DNA of 64,000 bases from Candidatus Falkowbacteria bacterium (GTDB lineage: Bacteria > Patescibacteriota > Patescibacteriia > Patescibacteriales > UBA12465). The position numbers were made by a program, and so were the translations under genes. Shown in pieces: positions 36,402 through 45,690 of the stretch. Numbering within the stretch: the stretch's first letter is position 1; each line of letters opens with the position of its first letter. The notes beneath the pieces are model-generated. The model was given only the letters and a program-made list of their open reading frames with translations, made no database searches and had not been told where the DNA came from. Location of the stretch: NCBI GenBank assembly GCA_016432645.1, contig CP066698.1, forward strand, positions 20,245 to 84,244. Direction: 5' to 3'.

Positions 36402-37409
36402 ATGTTTATTAAACAAATCGGGATTGATTTGGGTACAACTTATACCTTGGTTTATTTGCCTCGGCGAGGCATTGTTGTTAATGAACCGAGCGTTGTGGCC
36501 GTATCAATTGCAGACAAAAAAATATTGGCCGTTGGCAATGAAGCCAAAGATATGTTGGGTCGCACTCCCGATACTATTATGGCGGTTAAACCCTTAAAAG
36601 ACGGGGTGATTGCTGATTATCGGGCGACGGAAGCCATGATTAGATATTTTATTAATAAGACTTTGGGTGGTTTGCGCTTATTTAGACCAGAGGTAATGGT
36701 TGCGGTTCCGGCCGGGATTTCCTCGACTGAAAGACGGGCGGTAATTGAAGCGACGATTGCGGCGGGAGCCAAAGCCGCCTATATTATTAAGGAGCCGGTG
36801 GCCGCAGCTATCGGCGCTGATATTCCAATCGGTTCGGCGACCGGGCATATGGTCATTGATATCGGTGGCGGTACCGCCGAAATGGCAGTTATCTCTTTAG
36901 GCGGCGTCGTGGCCTCCACTTCAGTAAGAGTAGGCGGGAATAAATTTGATGCTGCAATTTTAGAGTATGTCCGCAAAAAATATAATCTAGCAATCGGCGA
37001 ACGGACCGCGGAGGAAATTAAAATAAATATCGGCTCAGCTTTGTATATGGAAGATAAGCTGCACATGGAAGTCCGCGGCCGCGATATTGTTACCGGTTTG
37101 CCGCGCAGTATTACTGTTTCCAGCGATGATGTTACCGAAGCTATCCAACACGAATTAGAAGCAATAATTTCCGCCTCCAAGAAAGTTTTGCAAAAAACCC
37201 CTCCGGAATTATCGGCGGATATTATGGATAAGGGAATTGTCTTAACAGGAGGGAGCTCTTTGCTTCGTAACATGGACCAATTAATTGCGCGCACGACTGG
37301 TGTGCCGGCTTATGTTGCTGACGATGCCATGCTCTGCGTTGCCAAGGGAACCGGGATTGCCCTAGACAATTTAGATTCATATAAGCGCAGTATTTTAGCA
37401 ACCAAATAA
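36402..37409 (+). CDS. Second MreB-like actin homolog (paralog)
   Basis: 335 aa. IGIDLGTTYTLVYL and VIDIGGGTAEMAV are present. About half of positions are shared with the mreB at 30606. Confidence 0.85.
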   Translation: MFIKQIGIDLGTTYTLVYLPRRGIVVNEPSVVAVSIADKKILAVGNEAKDMLGRTPDTIMAVKPLKDGVIADYRATEAMIRYFINKTLGGLRLFRPEVMVAVPAGISSTERRAVIEATIAAGAKAAYIIKEPVAAAIGADIPIGSATGHMVIDIGGGTAEMAVISLGGVVASTSVRVGGNKFDAAILEYVRKKYNLAIGERTAEEIKINIGSALYMEDKLHMEVRGRDIVTGLPRSITVSSDDVTEAIQHELEAIISASKKVLQKTPPELSADIMDKGIVLTGGSSLLRNMDQLIARTTGVPAYVADDAMLCVAKGTGIALDNLDSYKRSILATK

Positions 37410-37442
37410 GCGGCTAACCTATCGGTTAGCTGCTATTTATTT
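37409..37442 (+). terminator. Rho-independent terminator after second mreB
   Basis: AGCGGCTAACC pairs with GGTTAGCTGCT (11 bp, one G-U) around loop TATC, followed by ATTTATTT. Confidence 0.55.
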
Positions 37443-38654
37443 ATGACTATTGGAATAGACGCCTCCAGGGCTAATTTAAAAAGAAAGACTGGTACTGAAT
37501 GGTACTCTTTTTACTTAATTAAAAATTTAGCCAAAATTGATAAGGAAAATAAATATCTTCTTTATTTGAATGATTTGCCGTCTTCGGAGTTACAGGAGAT
37601 TATTAAAGATAATCCGAATTTTTCTGTTAAATTTTTACATTGGCCTTTCCTTTCTTTTTGGACCTTAGGTCGTTTGACTTTAGAAATGATTTTTCATAAG
37701 CCCGACATCCTATTTATTCCGGCCCATACCATGCCCTTAGTTTATCCTAAACGAACAATTAACACGATTCATGACATTGCTTTTGCTCGGGATAGAAATC
37801 TCTATCAATCCAAGGGAGTTAAGACTGATCGCGCCCTATCTAAAAAAATTGTGGAGTTTTTAGTGCGCTTATTTACTTTAGGAAAATATCACTCCGAATC
37901 TTTAGATTATTTATATTGGTCAACTGATTTTGCCTTGCGTCGCGCTAAAAAAATAATTACAGTATCCAATTTTACTAAGCAAGATATTTTGAGTTTTTAT
38001 CCGCGCGCTAAGGCTGATAGCATTAGTGTTGTCCATAACGGTTATAACGATGATTTATATAAGATGGGCCGTGACCAAGAAAAAATTAAAGCTAAGCTGG
38101 AAAAATATAATTTAGAGCAGCCTTATTTTTTGTATGTCGGACGGTTAGAAAAGAAAAAAAATACTCCCGCTTTGATTGAAGCTTTATCTATCATGCACGA
38201 TGGTCATCCAGAAATTAAGGAAAAATTAGTTTTGATTGGCGATGCCAGCTTCGGTTATGATGAAGTTAAATATGTTATTGAAGAGTTTAATTTAAACAAT
38301 GAGGTCTTGATGCCCGGCTGGGTAGCCGAAGAAGATATGCCCTGTATTTTTAACGGCGCTAGCGCTTTTATTTTTCCTTCCAAACATGAAGGTTTTGGCA
38401 TTCCTATTTTACAAGCTATGGCTTGCGGTTTGCCGGTCGCTTGTTCAGATATTCCGGTTTTTAAAGAAGTTGCCGCTGATGCCGCTTTATATTTTAACCA
38501 TGAAGATAAAAAGGCGATTGCCGAGGCGATGGCTAAAATTATTAATGACCGCGAGCTACATCAAGAATTAATAAATAAGGGCCTGGAAAGAGCGCGGAAT
38601 TTTAGCTGGCAAAGATGCGCCGAAGAAACTTTAAAAGAAATTTTAAGCGCTTAA
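37443..38654 (+). CDS. Glycosyltransferase family 1 (GT4-type)
   Basis: 403 aa. The C-terminal FPSKHEGFGIPILQAMACGLPVACSDIPVFKEV is the GT1 E-x7-E region. Confidence 0.8.
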   Translation: MTIGIDASRANLKRKTGTEWYSFYLIKNLAKIDKENKYLLYLNDLPSSELQEIIKDNPNFSVKFLHWPFLSFWTLGRLTLEMIFHKPDILFIPAHTMPLVYPKRTINTIHDIAFARDRNLYQSKGVKTDRALSKKIVEFLVRLFTLGKYHSESLDYLYWSTDFALRRAKKIITVSNFTKQDILSFYPRAKADSISVVHNGYNDDLYKMGRDQEKIKAKLEKYNLEQPYFLYVGRLEKKKNTPALIEALSIMHDGHPEIKEKLVLIGDASFGYDEVKYVIEEFNLNNEVLMPGWVAEEDMPCIFNGASAFIFPSKHEGFGIPILQAMACGLPVACSDIPVFKEVAADAALYFNHEDKKAIAEAMAKIINDRELHQELINKGLERARNFSWQRCAEETLKEILSA

Positions 38655-38710
38655 ATCGATTGTTTTACAATTTGTAAAAACCCCCGTTTGTGGTATTATA
38701 TAGATGTTAT

Positions 38711-40735
38711 ATGAATAAAATAATAACATCTTTTTTTATACTTCTAAGCGCGCTCGCCGTGCCGGTTTATGCTGGTTTTACGCCTAATGACTCTTTTTTT
38801 GGCAATCAGTGGTATCTCTCTAAAATTAAAGCCGATAGCGCTTGGGAAAAAGTTTCGGAAAGCCCAGAAACAGTAATTGCTGTTATTGACTCCGGCGTTC
38901 AAATAAATCATCCCGATTTGCGCGATAATATTTGGACAAATAATCGCGAAATTTCTGGTGACGGAGTTGATAATGATCACAACGGTTTCATTGATGACGT
39001 TAATGGTTGGGATTTTTCAACTAATATTCCCGACCCCTCGCCTAAATTTGCCGACGGTTGGACAGAGGCTGGGATTTCCCATGGAACCATGGTAGCGGGA
39101 ATTATTGCTGCTCGCGGCAATAATAATCAAGGCGTAGCCGGAGTAACTTGGCGCGCTAAAATTATGCCGCTTAAGGCTTTAAACGATAAGGGCGAAGGGC
39201 GAGTCAGTGACGTTATCCGGGCTATCGACTATGCTCTTAATAACGGCGCCGATATTATTAACCTTAGTTTTGTCAGTTTTAATTATAGCGCCGGTTTGCA
39301 AGAAGCTATTACCCGCGCTCATAATGCCGGAGTGATGATTGTGGCGGCTGCCGGAAATGAACAGGCTGCCGGTGAAGGCTATAATATTGATAAGACTAAA
39401 ATTTACCCTGCTTGTTATGATGGCAGCTTGGTCGGTGAAAATATGGTTATCGGCGTGGCCGCTACTGACGCGCTTGATCAAAAAACTAAATTTTCCAGCT
39501 ATGGTTTTAGCTGTGTAGATATTGCGGCTCCTGGAATTAGTTTTTTTAACACCGTAACCGGCGATAGCCGTGCCGGAGCGATTAAATATTACGATGGCTA
39601 CTGGTCGGGAACTTCCATGGCCGCGCCTTTGGTTTCGGCGACGCTCGCTTTAATCCAACAAGCTAATCCAGAGTTAAGTCGCCGCGAAACCGTTAACATT
39701 TTATTTGCTTCGACGGATAATATCAGCCGCTTGAATCCTGACTATCTCGGCCAGCTCGGTAACGGCCGCTTAAACGTCAATCGTGCCGTTGAGATGGCTA
39801 AAGAAAAATTATATAATCATCTCGGCCGTTTATTAATTTTACCAGCTACCCAAAAGAATAAACTGAAAGTCGCAGCTGCTAACGGCGATTTGGTTTATTA
39901 TTTGCCTGATGGCGCTATTAAAACCGGAGCGCCTTTTGTAACCGGTGATGTTAATGATAACGGGGTTGATGAAATAGTGGTCGGTGCCGCTGCTGGCGAT
40001 GAGCCCAAAATTAAAATTTTAAGCAGTCAAGGAAAATTATTAGGAGAATTTTGGGCGGCCGATAAAAAATTCCGCGGCGGCTTAAACGTCGCTTTAATAG
40101 ATTTGGATAATAGCGGCGCTAAAAAAATAGTTGTCGCTCCCGCTTCCGGCGGCAGCCCGCAAATTAAAATTTTTGATTATCAAGGAAATTTAAAAGTGCA
40201 ATTTTTTGCGGCCCCGAGTAACTGGCGCGGCGGATTCAATATTTCCGCTGGCGATATTGACGGCAAGGGTTTGCCGGAGATTGTAGTCGGCTTTGGAAAA
40301 GGCAGCGAACCGCAAGTCAGAATTTTTAATGCCGAAGGGAAATTAATCGGTAGCTTTTTAGCCTATGAAAAAAAATTTCGTGGCGGCGTTAATGTAGCGG
40401 TCGCTAATTTAGATGGCCGCAAAGATCATAATAAGGCAGAAATTATAATTACTCCCGGAGCCGGGCGGGAACCCCAAGTTAAAGTCTATAACCATCGAGC
40501 CCAGTTGATTAATAAGTTCTTGGCTTATGGTAAAAGTTGGCAAGGCGGCGTTAACTTGTCTGCCGGAGATATTAATAGCGACGGTATTTCTGAAATAATT
40601 CTCAGTACTTATAGCGGCGCTGCTCCTCATGTCCGAGTCTTCAGCGGCAATGGACTAATTTTAGAATCATTCTACGCCTATGATCAGGACTTTAACGGCG
40701 GCGTTAATGCTGGTATAATAAGAATAAATAACTAA
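38711..40735 (+). CDS. Secreted subtilisin-like serine protease (S8) with C-terminal FG-GAP/VCBS-like repeats
   Basis: Signal peptide MNKIITSFFILLSALAVPVYA. Catalytic triad motifs VIDSGVQINHPDL (Asp), HGTMVAGIIAA (His) and GTSMAAPLVSATLALI (Ser). The C-terminal ~280 aa carry five ~55-aa repeats. Confidence 0.8.
   Translation: MNKIITSFFILLSALAVPVYAGFTPNDSFFGNQWYLSKIKADSAWEKVSESPETVIAVIDSGVQINHPDLRDNIWTNNREISGDGVDNDHNGFIDDVNGWDFSTNIPDPSPKFADGWTEAGISHGTMVAGIIAARGNNNQGVAGVTWRAKIMPLKALNDKGEGRVSDVIRAIDYALNNGADIINLSFVSFNYSAGLQEAITRAHNAGVMIVAAAGNEQAAGEGYNIDKTKIYPACYDGSLVGENMVIGVAATDALDQKTKFSSYGFSCVDIAAPGISFFNTVTGDSRAGAIKYYDGYWSGTSMAAPLVSATLALIQQANPELSRRETVNILFASTDNISRLNPDYLGQLGNGRLNVNRAVEMAKEKLYNHLGRLLILPATQKNKLKVAAANGDLVYYLPDGAIKTGAPFVTGDVNDNGVDEIVVGAAAGDEPKIKILSSQGKLLGEFWAADKKFRGGLNVALIDLDNSGAKKIVVAPASGGSPQIKIFDYQGNLKVQFFAAPSNWRGGFNISAGDIDGKGLPEIVVGFGKGSEPQVRIFNAEGKLIGSFLAYEKKFRGGVNVAVANLDGRKDHNKAEIIITPGAGREPQVKVYNHRAQLINKFLAYGKSWQGGVNLSAGDINSDGISEIILSTYSGAAPHVRVFSGNGLILESFYAYDQDFNGGVNAGIIRINN
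39885..40732 (+). repeat. Five tandem ~165-nt coding repeats (FG-GAP-like beta-propeller blades) inside the S8 protease gene
   Basis: Repeat units: GDVNDNGVDEIVVGAAAGDEPKIKIL... / IDLDNSGAKKIVVAPASGGSPQIKIF... / GDIDGKGLPEIVVGFGKGSEPQVRIF... / ANLDGRKDHNKAEIIITPGAGREPQVKVY... / GDINSDGISEIILSTYSGAAPHVRVF... Each ends in F(L/W)AxxxxFRGG(V/L)N. Confidence 0.7.
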
Positions 40736-40741
40736 TCATAT

Positions 40742-41767
40742 ATGCCTAAGAAAATTATTTTTGATAAAAAGAATGTCCTGGTCGCCGGCGGCGCTGGTTT
40801 TATCGGTTCTCATCTTTGCGATGAATTAATTAAGACCTGCAAAGTTATCTGCATTGATGATTTTATTTCCGGCAGTGAGCGCAATATCGACCATTTATTG
40901 GCTAACCCTAATTTTGTTTTTATTAACCATGATTTAGCTAAGCCGCTTGATTTGATGGCTATTAATGAACTAAAAAAGTTTAAGGTGGAGTTTCAAGGTA
41001 TCCAAGAAGTCTATAATTTAGCCTGTCCAATGTCGCCACGCAATTTTTTGAATAATCGCTTGGCAACCCTGGAAGCTAATTCTTTAGTTGTTAAAAATTT
41101 ACTGGATTTAGCCTTGGCTCACAATGCGAAGTTTTTACACTTCTCTTCATCAGTTGTTTATGGCCCTCGTCGTTCTGATGACCCTGAATTCAAAGCGCGC
41201 GAATCAGATCCGGGAGTTGTTGACCAGCTTTCCAGCCGCGCTTCTTATGATGAAGGCAAACGATTTTCGGAAACTTTAGTCTCGACATATCGCGATATTT
41301 ACCAGCTTGATACCAAAATCATCAGAGTGTTTAGAATTTATGGTCCGCGCATGGAATCAAATGACGGCCAGATGATTCCTGATTTCATTAATAACGCCCT
41401 GGAAGACAAGGATTTGGTAATTAATGGCGATGAAAATTTTTCTTCCTCTTTCTGTTATATTGAAGATTTATTAGATGCCGTTTCTAAAGTTATGAGCACC
41501 GATATTGCCGGTCCGATTAATATCGGTTCAGACGTTGATTGTAAATTGGTGGATTTAGCGCAGATTATAATTAATGAAACTGGATCAAAGTCTAAGATTG
41601 TTTATGCTGAAAATTTGGTCTTTATGACGGAACTGATTTTGCCGGATATCAAGTTGGCCCGCAACGAGCTCGGCTGGATGCCGGTAGTTACTTTAGAGAA
41701 CGGTTTGCGCAAGACTATTTTTGACGTTAAAGCCCAGAAAAAATTGCATGAGTTTGGAGCTTATTAA
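40742..41767 (+). CDS. NAD-dependent epimerase/dehydratase (UDP-glucuronate decarboxylase/UXS-like SDR)
   Basis: 341 aa with the Rossmann motif VLVAGGAGFIGSHLCDEL and a catalytic YDEGKR. Confidence 0.75.
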   Translation: MPKKIIFDKKNVLVAGGAGFIGSHLCDELIKTCKVICIDDFISGSERNIDHLLANPNFVFINHDLAKPLDLMAINELKKFKVEFQGIQEVYNLACPMSPRNFLNNRLATLEANSLVVKNLLDLALAHNAKFLHFSSSVVYGPRRSDDPEFKARESDPGVVDQLSSRASYDEGKRFSETLVSTYRDIYQLDTKIIRVFRIYGPRMESNDGQMIPDFINNALEDKDLVINGDENFSSSFCYIEDLLDAVSKVMSTDIAGPINIGSDVDCKLVDLAQIIINETGSKSKIVYAENLVFMTELILPDIKLARNELGWMPVVTLENGLRKTIFDVKAQKKLHEFGAY

Positions 41768-41786
41768 TTTAAAAGATTGTTTAATT

Positions 41787-41824
41787 AAAAAAATCTGGCC
41801 TTAGGGCCAGATTTTTAATTTTTA
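41787..41824. terminator. Bidirectional rho-independent terminator between convergent genes
   Basis: AAAAAATCTGGCC - TTAG - GGCCAGATTTTT is a perfect 12-bp stem, flanked by A-tract and T-tract. The stop of the minus-strand GT (41815) lies in the 3' arm. Confidence 0.7.
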
Positions 41825-42870
41825 TTTATTTCCGCAAATAAACTTTCAGCATCTCCAGGCTTAAAGAGCCAACCTCCATTTTTAAGGGCTTCCGGAATAC
41901 CGCCGATACCAGAGGCGATAATCGGTAGCTCTGCTTGCCGCGCTTCAATTATTGTTAGTGGATAATTTTCATAGCAGAGCGAGGGGACAATGAGTACATC
42001 TGCTTCTTCAAACGACTTTTCTAAATTTTCTTTGCTTAAGCGCCCTAAAATTTTAAGACGCTTGTCTTTAGAAAACCGTTCACGAATAAGCGGCAAGAGG
42101 GAGCCGTCGCCGGCAATCGTCAGCTTCATTTCCGAGCCGGCTAATTTTTCGAAAGCTTCAAGCAGAAAGAGAATTCCTTTGTGTTTTTCTATTTGGCCGG
42201 CAAACAAAAGATTTTTAAATGGCGGCTGTTTGGTATTAGCGGTTGCTGGTAATTTAATATTTAAAATATCTTCTAGATGTTTGATCTCCGTTTTTGATTT
42301 TTTAAAAAATCCGCGCTTTAAATGTTCGTCCAAGAGCCAGCGGGAAGGGGAAATTATTAAATCGGGCGAACCCAGAAAGAATTGAGTTGCTTTTTGATAG
42401 AGTTTAGCGCTTAAACTGTCGGCACTATTTTCCTGGCCGTAAATTATCAACCCCGAAGGATGCAATAGCTGGATATCGTGTAAAAAATGATGGTGTTCAA
42501 TTTTTAAATCTTGAATCGTCTGCGCTGTTTTAAAATCCAAACCCATTAGATTATGCGAAATTACTAAGTCCGGTTTTTCCGCCTGTAAGATTTTTTTTAT
42601 GGCGTGGTATTTTTTGGTCGCACGCAAATTATAAAGATGCCAAAATAAGCGGCTGATCTTTGGTTTTTTATTTAAATTATAAAATTCTGATGATATATAA
42701 AAAGTTCGGCAGTCTTTATTTTCTCCTAAATCAAGACTTTCCGGCCGGGTAGTTATTAAAAAAACTTCATGGCCCGAATTTTGATAAGCTTTAATCATTG
42801 CCGCCACGACATTTTCCGCACCGCCGCGGTTATAAGGCTTATAAAGATTGTTCAGTAAACAAATTTTCAT
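41815..42870 (-). CDS. Glycosyltransferase family 1
   Basis: 351 aa with the GT1 C-terminal region (ADVLIVPSLCYENYPLTIIEARQAELPIIASGIGGIPE). Confidence 0.75.
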   Translation of the reverse strand: MKICLLNNLYKPYNRGGAENVVAAMIKAYQNSGHEVFLITTRPESLDLGENKDCRTFYISSEFYNLNKKPKISRLFWHLYNLRATKKYHAIKKILQAEKPDLVISHNLMGLDFKTAQTIQDLKIEHHHFLHDIQLLHPSGLIIYGQENSADSLSAKLYQKATQFFLGSPDLIISPSRWLLDEHLKRGFFKKSKTEIKHLEDILNIKLPATANTKQPPFKNLLFAGQIEKHKGILFLLEAFEKLAGSEMKLTIAGDGSLLPLIRERFSKDKRLKILGRLSKENLEKSFEEADVLIVPSLCYENYPLTIIEARQAELPIIASGIGGIPEALKNGGWLFKPGDAESLFAEINKN

Positions 42871-43978
42871 ATTTTTGCTTCATCAGCTCTTGATCATATT
42901 TTCGAATAGCCAGATGTCTTGCCGCCTTGGCCATCTCTTGACGCAGGCTTTCATTTTTTAGGATAAACTCCAGTTTATGATTTAAGTCTTCAACGCTTCC
43001 GGGGACAGCCAGTAAGCCTTCGCGTTTATTTTCAAAAACACTTCTAACTCCCGGCAGATCGGAAGCGACTACGGGGACACCGCAGGCCAGCGCTTCAATT
43101 AAAACCAGACCGAAAGCTTCATTGTTGTTGATTGAAGGCAGAATTAATAAATCGGAATTTTGTAGAGCCTTAATCATTTCTTGATCACCCAGTTTGCCTA
43201 CAAATTCTACGCGTTTGCCAAGATTCAGTCGAGTCGCCAGGGTTTCATATTCTGAGCGCAAATCTCCGTCACCCACAATCTTTAAGTTCCATCTTCTTTG
43301 ATCTAAGCTAGGCAGGGAATTAAGCAAAATGCTAACCCCTTTGAAATAGTGCGCTTTATCCAGTCCGCCGATAAAGATTAAATCAAGCCGATCTTTTTTG
43401 ATGAATAAGTCATTAATATGCTTGACGATGTTTTTAACCTTAGCGACCAAGTTGTTGGCACTAGGCTGGCTGATAGGATTGGGTTGGAATTTATTCAAGT
43501 CTATCCCAAAGGGGATTTCTTGAAACTTATCCATGTGAGTTTCGTAGTATTTTTTTATTTGGCTATTTTTGACATAGTCTAGGCTGGCACTAACGATTTT
43601 TTCTGCTCGGTTAAAAAGAGAATCGCGAATCAGTCGACTGGGCAGGCTGAGGATTTTAGCGGCTGGAGATTGGTTTTTAACATCCATGTGGTATTGGATG
43701 ACTAATTTTGGCCGCTTGAAAAAAATTTTAAATAACCAGACGATTTCCGCCGTACCGAAAAAGGGGTAATGTAAGTAAATATAATCAAATTTTCGTAGTT
43801 TCCATAAAAGTTGCGGCAAAACTGCTCCGTGGCCGCGACGTAAAAATGGCCTGGTGTTATCGGGCGTGAAGTTAATAATTTCATGTTTGGCGCTTAACAG
43901 TTCATGGAAGCGATAAGCGCTATTGCCGATGCCGCCGGCATAAGGCGGGTAAGCACAGACTATCTGGGCAATTTTCAT
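42839..43978 (-). CDS. Glycosyltransferase family 1 (GT4-type)
   Basis: 379 aa. The N-terminus MKIAQIVCAYPPYAGGIGNSAYRF is GT4 N-domain. The C-terminus is SDLLILPSINNNEAFGLVLIEALACGVPVVASDLPG. Confidence 0.8.
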   Translation of the reverse strand: MKIAQIVCAYPPYAGGIGNSAYRFHELLSAKHEIINFTPDNTRPFLRRGHGAVLPQLLWKLRKFDYIYLHYPFFGTAEIVWLFKIFFKRPKLVIQYHMDVKNQSPAAKILSLPSRLIRDSLFNRAEKIVSASLDYVKNSQIKKYYETHMDKFQEIPFGIDLNKFQPNPISQPSANNLVAKVKNIVKHINDLFIKKDRLDLIFIGGLDKAHYFKGVSILLNSLPSLDQRRWNLKIVGDGDLRSEYETLATRLNLGKRVEFVGKLGDQEMIKALQNSDLLILPSINNNEAFGLVLIEALACGVPVVASDLPGVRSVFENKREGLLAVPGSVEDLNHKLEFILKNESLRQEMAKAARHLAIRKYDQELMKQKYENLFTEQSL

Positions 43979-43981
43979 AAA

Positions 43982-44341
43982 TTATCTTTGTGGTTCCTGA
44001 TGGTTATGATTAGGATTGCTATTTTCTAAAAGTGCAATTTTTCTCACGATACTTGTTAAATTGGCATCCATTTTAGCGAGCGCCAAGCGGAGCTTGAAAA
44101 CCATGTAGAATAAAATCATCACTGTTAGATAGAGTAGGAAGTTGATGCCGGAGCCGGAAAAGCCGAGCGCGCCGACTAAGCGGTCTAACTGCTTTATCAA
44201 AATAATCGCCACCACGCCTAGAAGCCAAAAAGCAAGCCAGAAGATAAATTCGTTTTGGCCAATCTTTTTTTTCTTTTTTTGTTCGCTTAGACGCCAGATA
44301 AAAATAGCGATGAGAGCGAGGGCGATAATTTGTTGCAACAT
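43982..44341 (-). CDS. DUF2304-like small membrane protein (GT2 partner)
   Basis: 119 aa with 3 TM helices and a KKKKK loop. It is the typical companion of the DPM1-like GT2 found nearby. Confidence 0.5.
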   Translation of the reverse strand: MLQQIIALALIAIFIWRLSEQKKKKKIGQNEFIFWLAFWLLGVVAIILIKQLDRLVGALGFSGSGINFLLYLTVMILFYMVFKLRLALAKMDANLTSIVRKIALLENSNPNHNHQEPQR

Positions 44342-44481
44342 ATTTTTAGGGGTTATTAATTATTGATTATTGACAGTATTTAGGATTAATGATAAATTAG
44401 GATGATTTGCCAATTTTTGCCGATGTTTTAGCAAATAGGCATCATAGTACATTACAATATATAAATCAAAAAATTTTCTAC

Positions 44482-44976
44482 ATGAAACAAAAATCAAATT
44501 GGTTGAAAGAGCTCGGGATGAGCTTCTTTCTCCTGGGCGCATTTGGGCTTATCAGATTTATCTTGATAGCCCAGGGTTCTAACTTTCATATTAGCGATGA
44601 AGTTGTCGCTGGTATTCTACTGGCTGCTGCCGTTATTGCGGTTGTTCTGACTTATTTGATGGAGAAATTAAGGAAGGTCTTCTCATTCTCCTTCGATACC
44701 TGGATACTGACAATAGTCGGGTTATTTCTTTGGGATTTACAAGGATCCGCTGGCAGCATCTTATGGTTTGCTTTTGCTATTTTTGGTCTGCTAACCGTTA
44801 CTAGCGCTTGGACAGCCATGAATCTTTTCTGGAAAAAACAGCACACCTCGGAACAAGCCGCAGAAATGATGGAGCTCCACGATTTTATTAATCGTTGTTT
44901 GGGAATTAAATTTCTCGCAATGGCCTTGGGAGCACTCCTAATCGAAAAAATTCTAGTGCCGATTATTGCCGGCTAA
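44482..44976 (+). CDS. Hypothetical 4-TM membrane protein
   Basis: 164 aa from ATG 44482 (the ORF track started at the TTG at 44407). Hydrophobic throughout, with no recognised motif. Confidence 0.45.
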   Translation: MKQKSNWLKELGMSFFLLGAFGLIRFILIAQGSNFHISDEVVAGILLAAAVIAVVLTYLMEKLRKVFSFSFDTWILTIVGLFLWDLQGSAGSILWFAFAIFGLLTVTSAWTAMNLFWKKQHTSEQAAEMMELHDFINRCLGIKFLAMALGALLIEKILVPIIAG

Positions 44977-44994
44977 ACGGTCGTAACGGCGCGG

Positions 44995-45028
44995 AAAAGG
45001 GCTCTTTTTTAAAGAGCCTTTTTTATTT
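44995..45028. terminator. Bidirectional rho-independent terminator
   Basis: AAAA-GGGCTCTTT-TTT-AAAGAGCC-TTTTTTATTT. An 8-9 bp stem with A/T tracts on both sides. The stop of the minus-strand GT2 gene falls in the T-tract. Confidence 0.65.
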
Positions 45029-45685
45029 GATAATTTTTTTAATGGCCAAATCTTTAATAATTCTTACGCCGCCGGAAAATTTTTGGCCAAATTCGTGATA
45101 AACGACAGTAATTGGAACTTCTACAGTCTTTATTTTATTTTTAAATAATTGATGTAAGATTTCGCTGCAATGTGCCATGCGATCGTTGGTAATCTCGATT
45201 TTTTCAACAGCGCCGCGGCTTAAGACCCGGAAGCCGCTTTGAGGATCGCTTAGACGGATATTAAAAAACCAACGGTTAATCAGGCGAGCCAGAGGCATGA
45301 TTAATTTTTTTTTCAGAGCCGGCAAATCAGATTTTTTTGATAAGAAGCGCGAGCCCAGTACGGCTTCCGCTTGTCCGGATTCTATTGGGGCGGTCAACTC
45401 GGGGATTTCTTCCGCTTGGAATTGATTGTCAGCGTCAAAATGGATAACGATGTCCGCCCCCCGTTTTAAAGCGTATTCATTGCCGGTTTGTAGAGCTGCA
45501 CCTTGTCCGCGATTAATACTGTGCCTTAAAACAGTCGCGCCGGCTTGTTGGGCGATAATTGCTATTTCATCTTGCGAGCCGTCATCAATGACGACGATTT
45601 CGTCTACGAAAGGATTAACGCGCTTGATGACTTCGCTAATATTTTTGGCTTCATTATAAGCCGGGATGATACAGATTTTTTTCAT
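45023..45685 (-). CDS. Glycosyltransferase family 2 (DPM1-like polyprenol-phosphate glycosyltransferase)
   Basis: 220 aa. IIPAYNEAKNI...VIDDGSQDE (DxD) and a GT-A fold. Paired with the DUF2304 gene. Confidence 0.8.
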   Translation of the reverse strand: MKKICIIPAYNEAKNISEVIKRVNPFVDEIVVIDDGSQDEIAIIAQQAGATVLRHSINRGQGAALQTGNEYALKRGADIVIHFDADNQFQAEEIPELTAPIESGQAEAVLGSRFLSKKSDLPALKKKLIMPLARLINRWFFNIRLSDPQSGFRVLSRGAVEKIEITNDRMAHCSEILHQLFKNKIKTVEVPITVVYHEFGQKFSGGVRIIKDLAIKKIIK

Positions 45686-45690
45686 GGTTT

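Noticed and set aside
36779-37294. 171-aa minus-strand ORF
   Set aside because: Antisense to the second mreB, a typical shadow ORF of a conserved gene.
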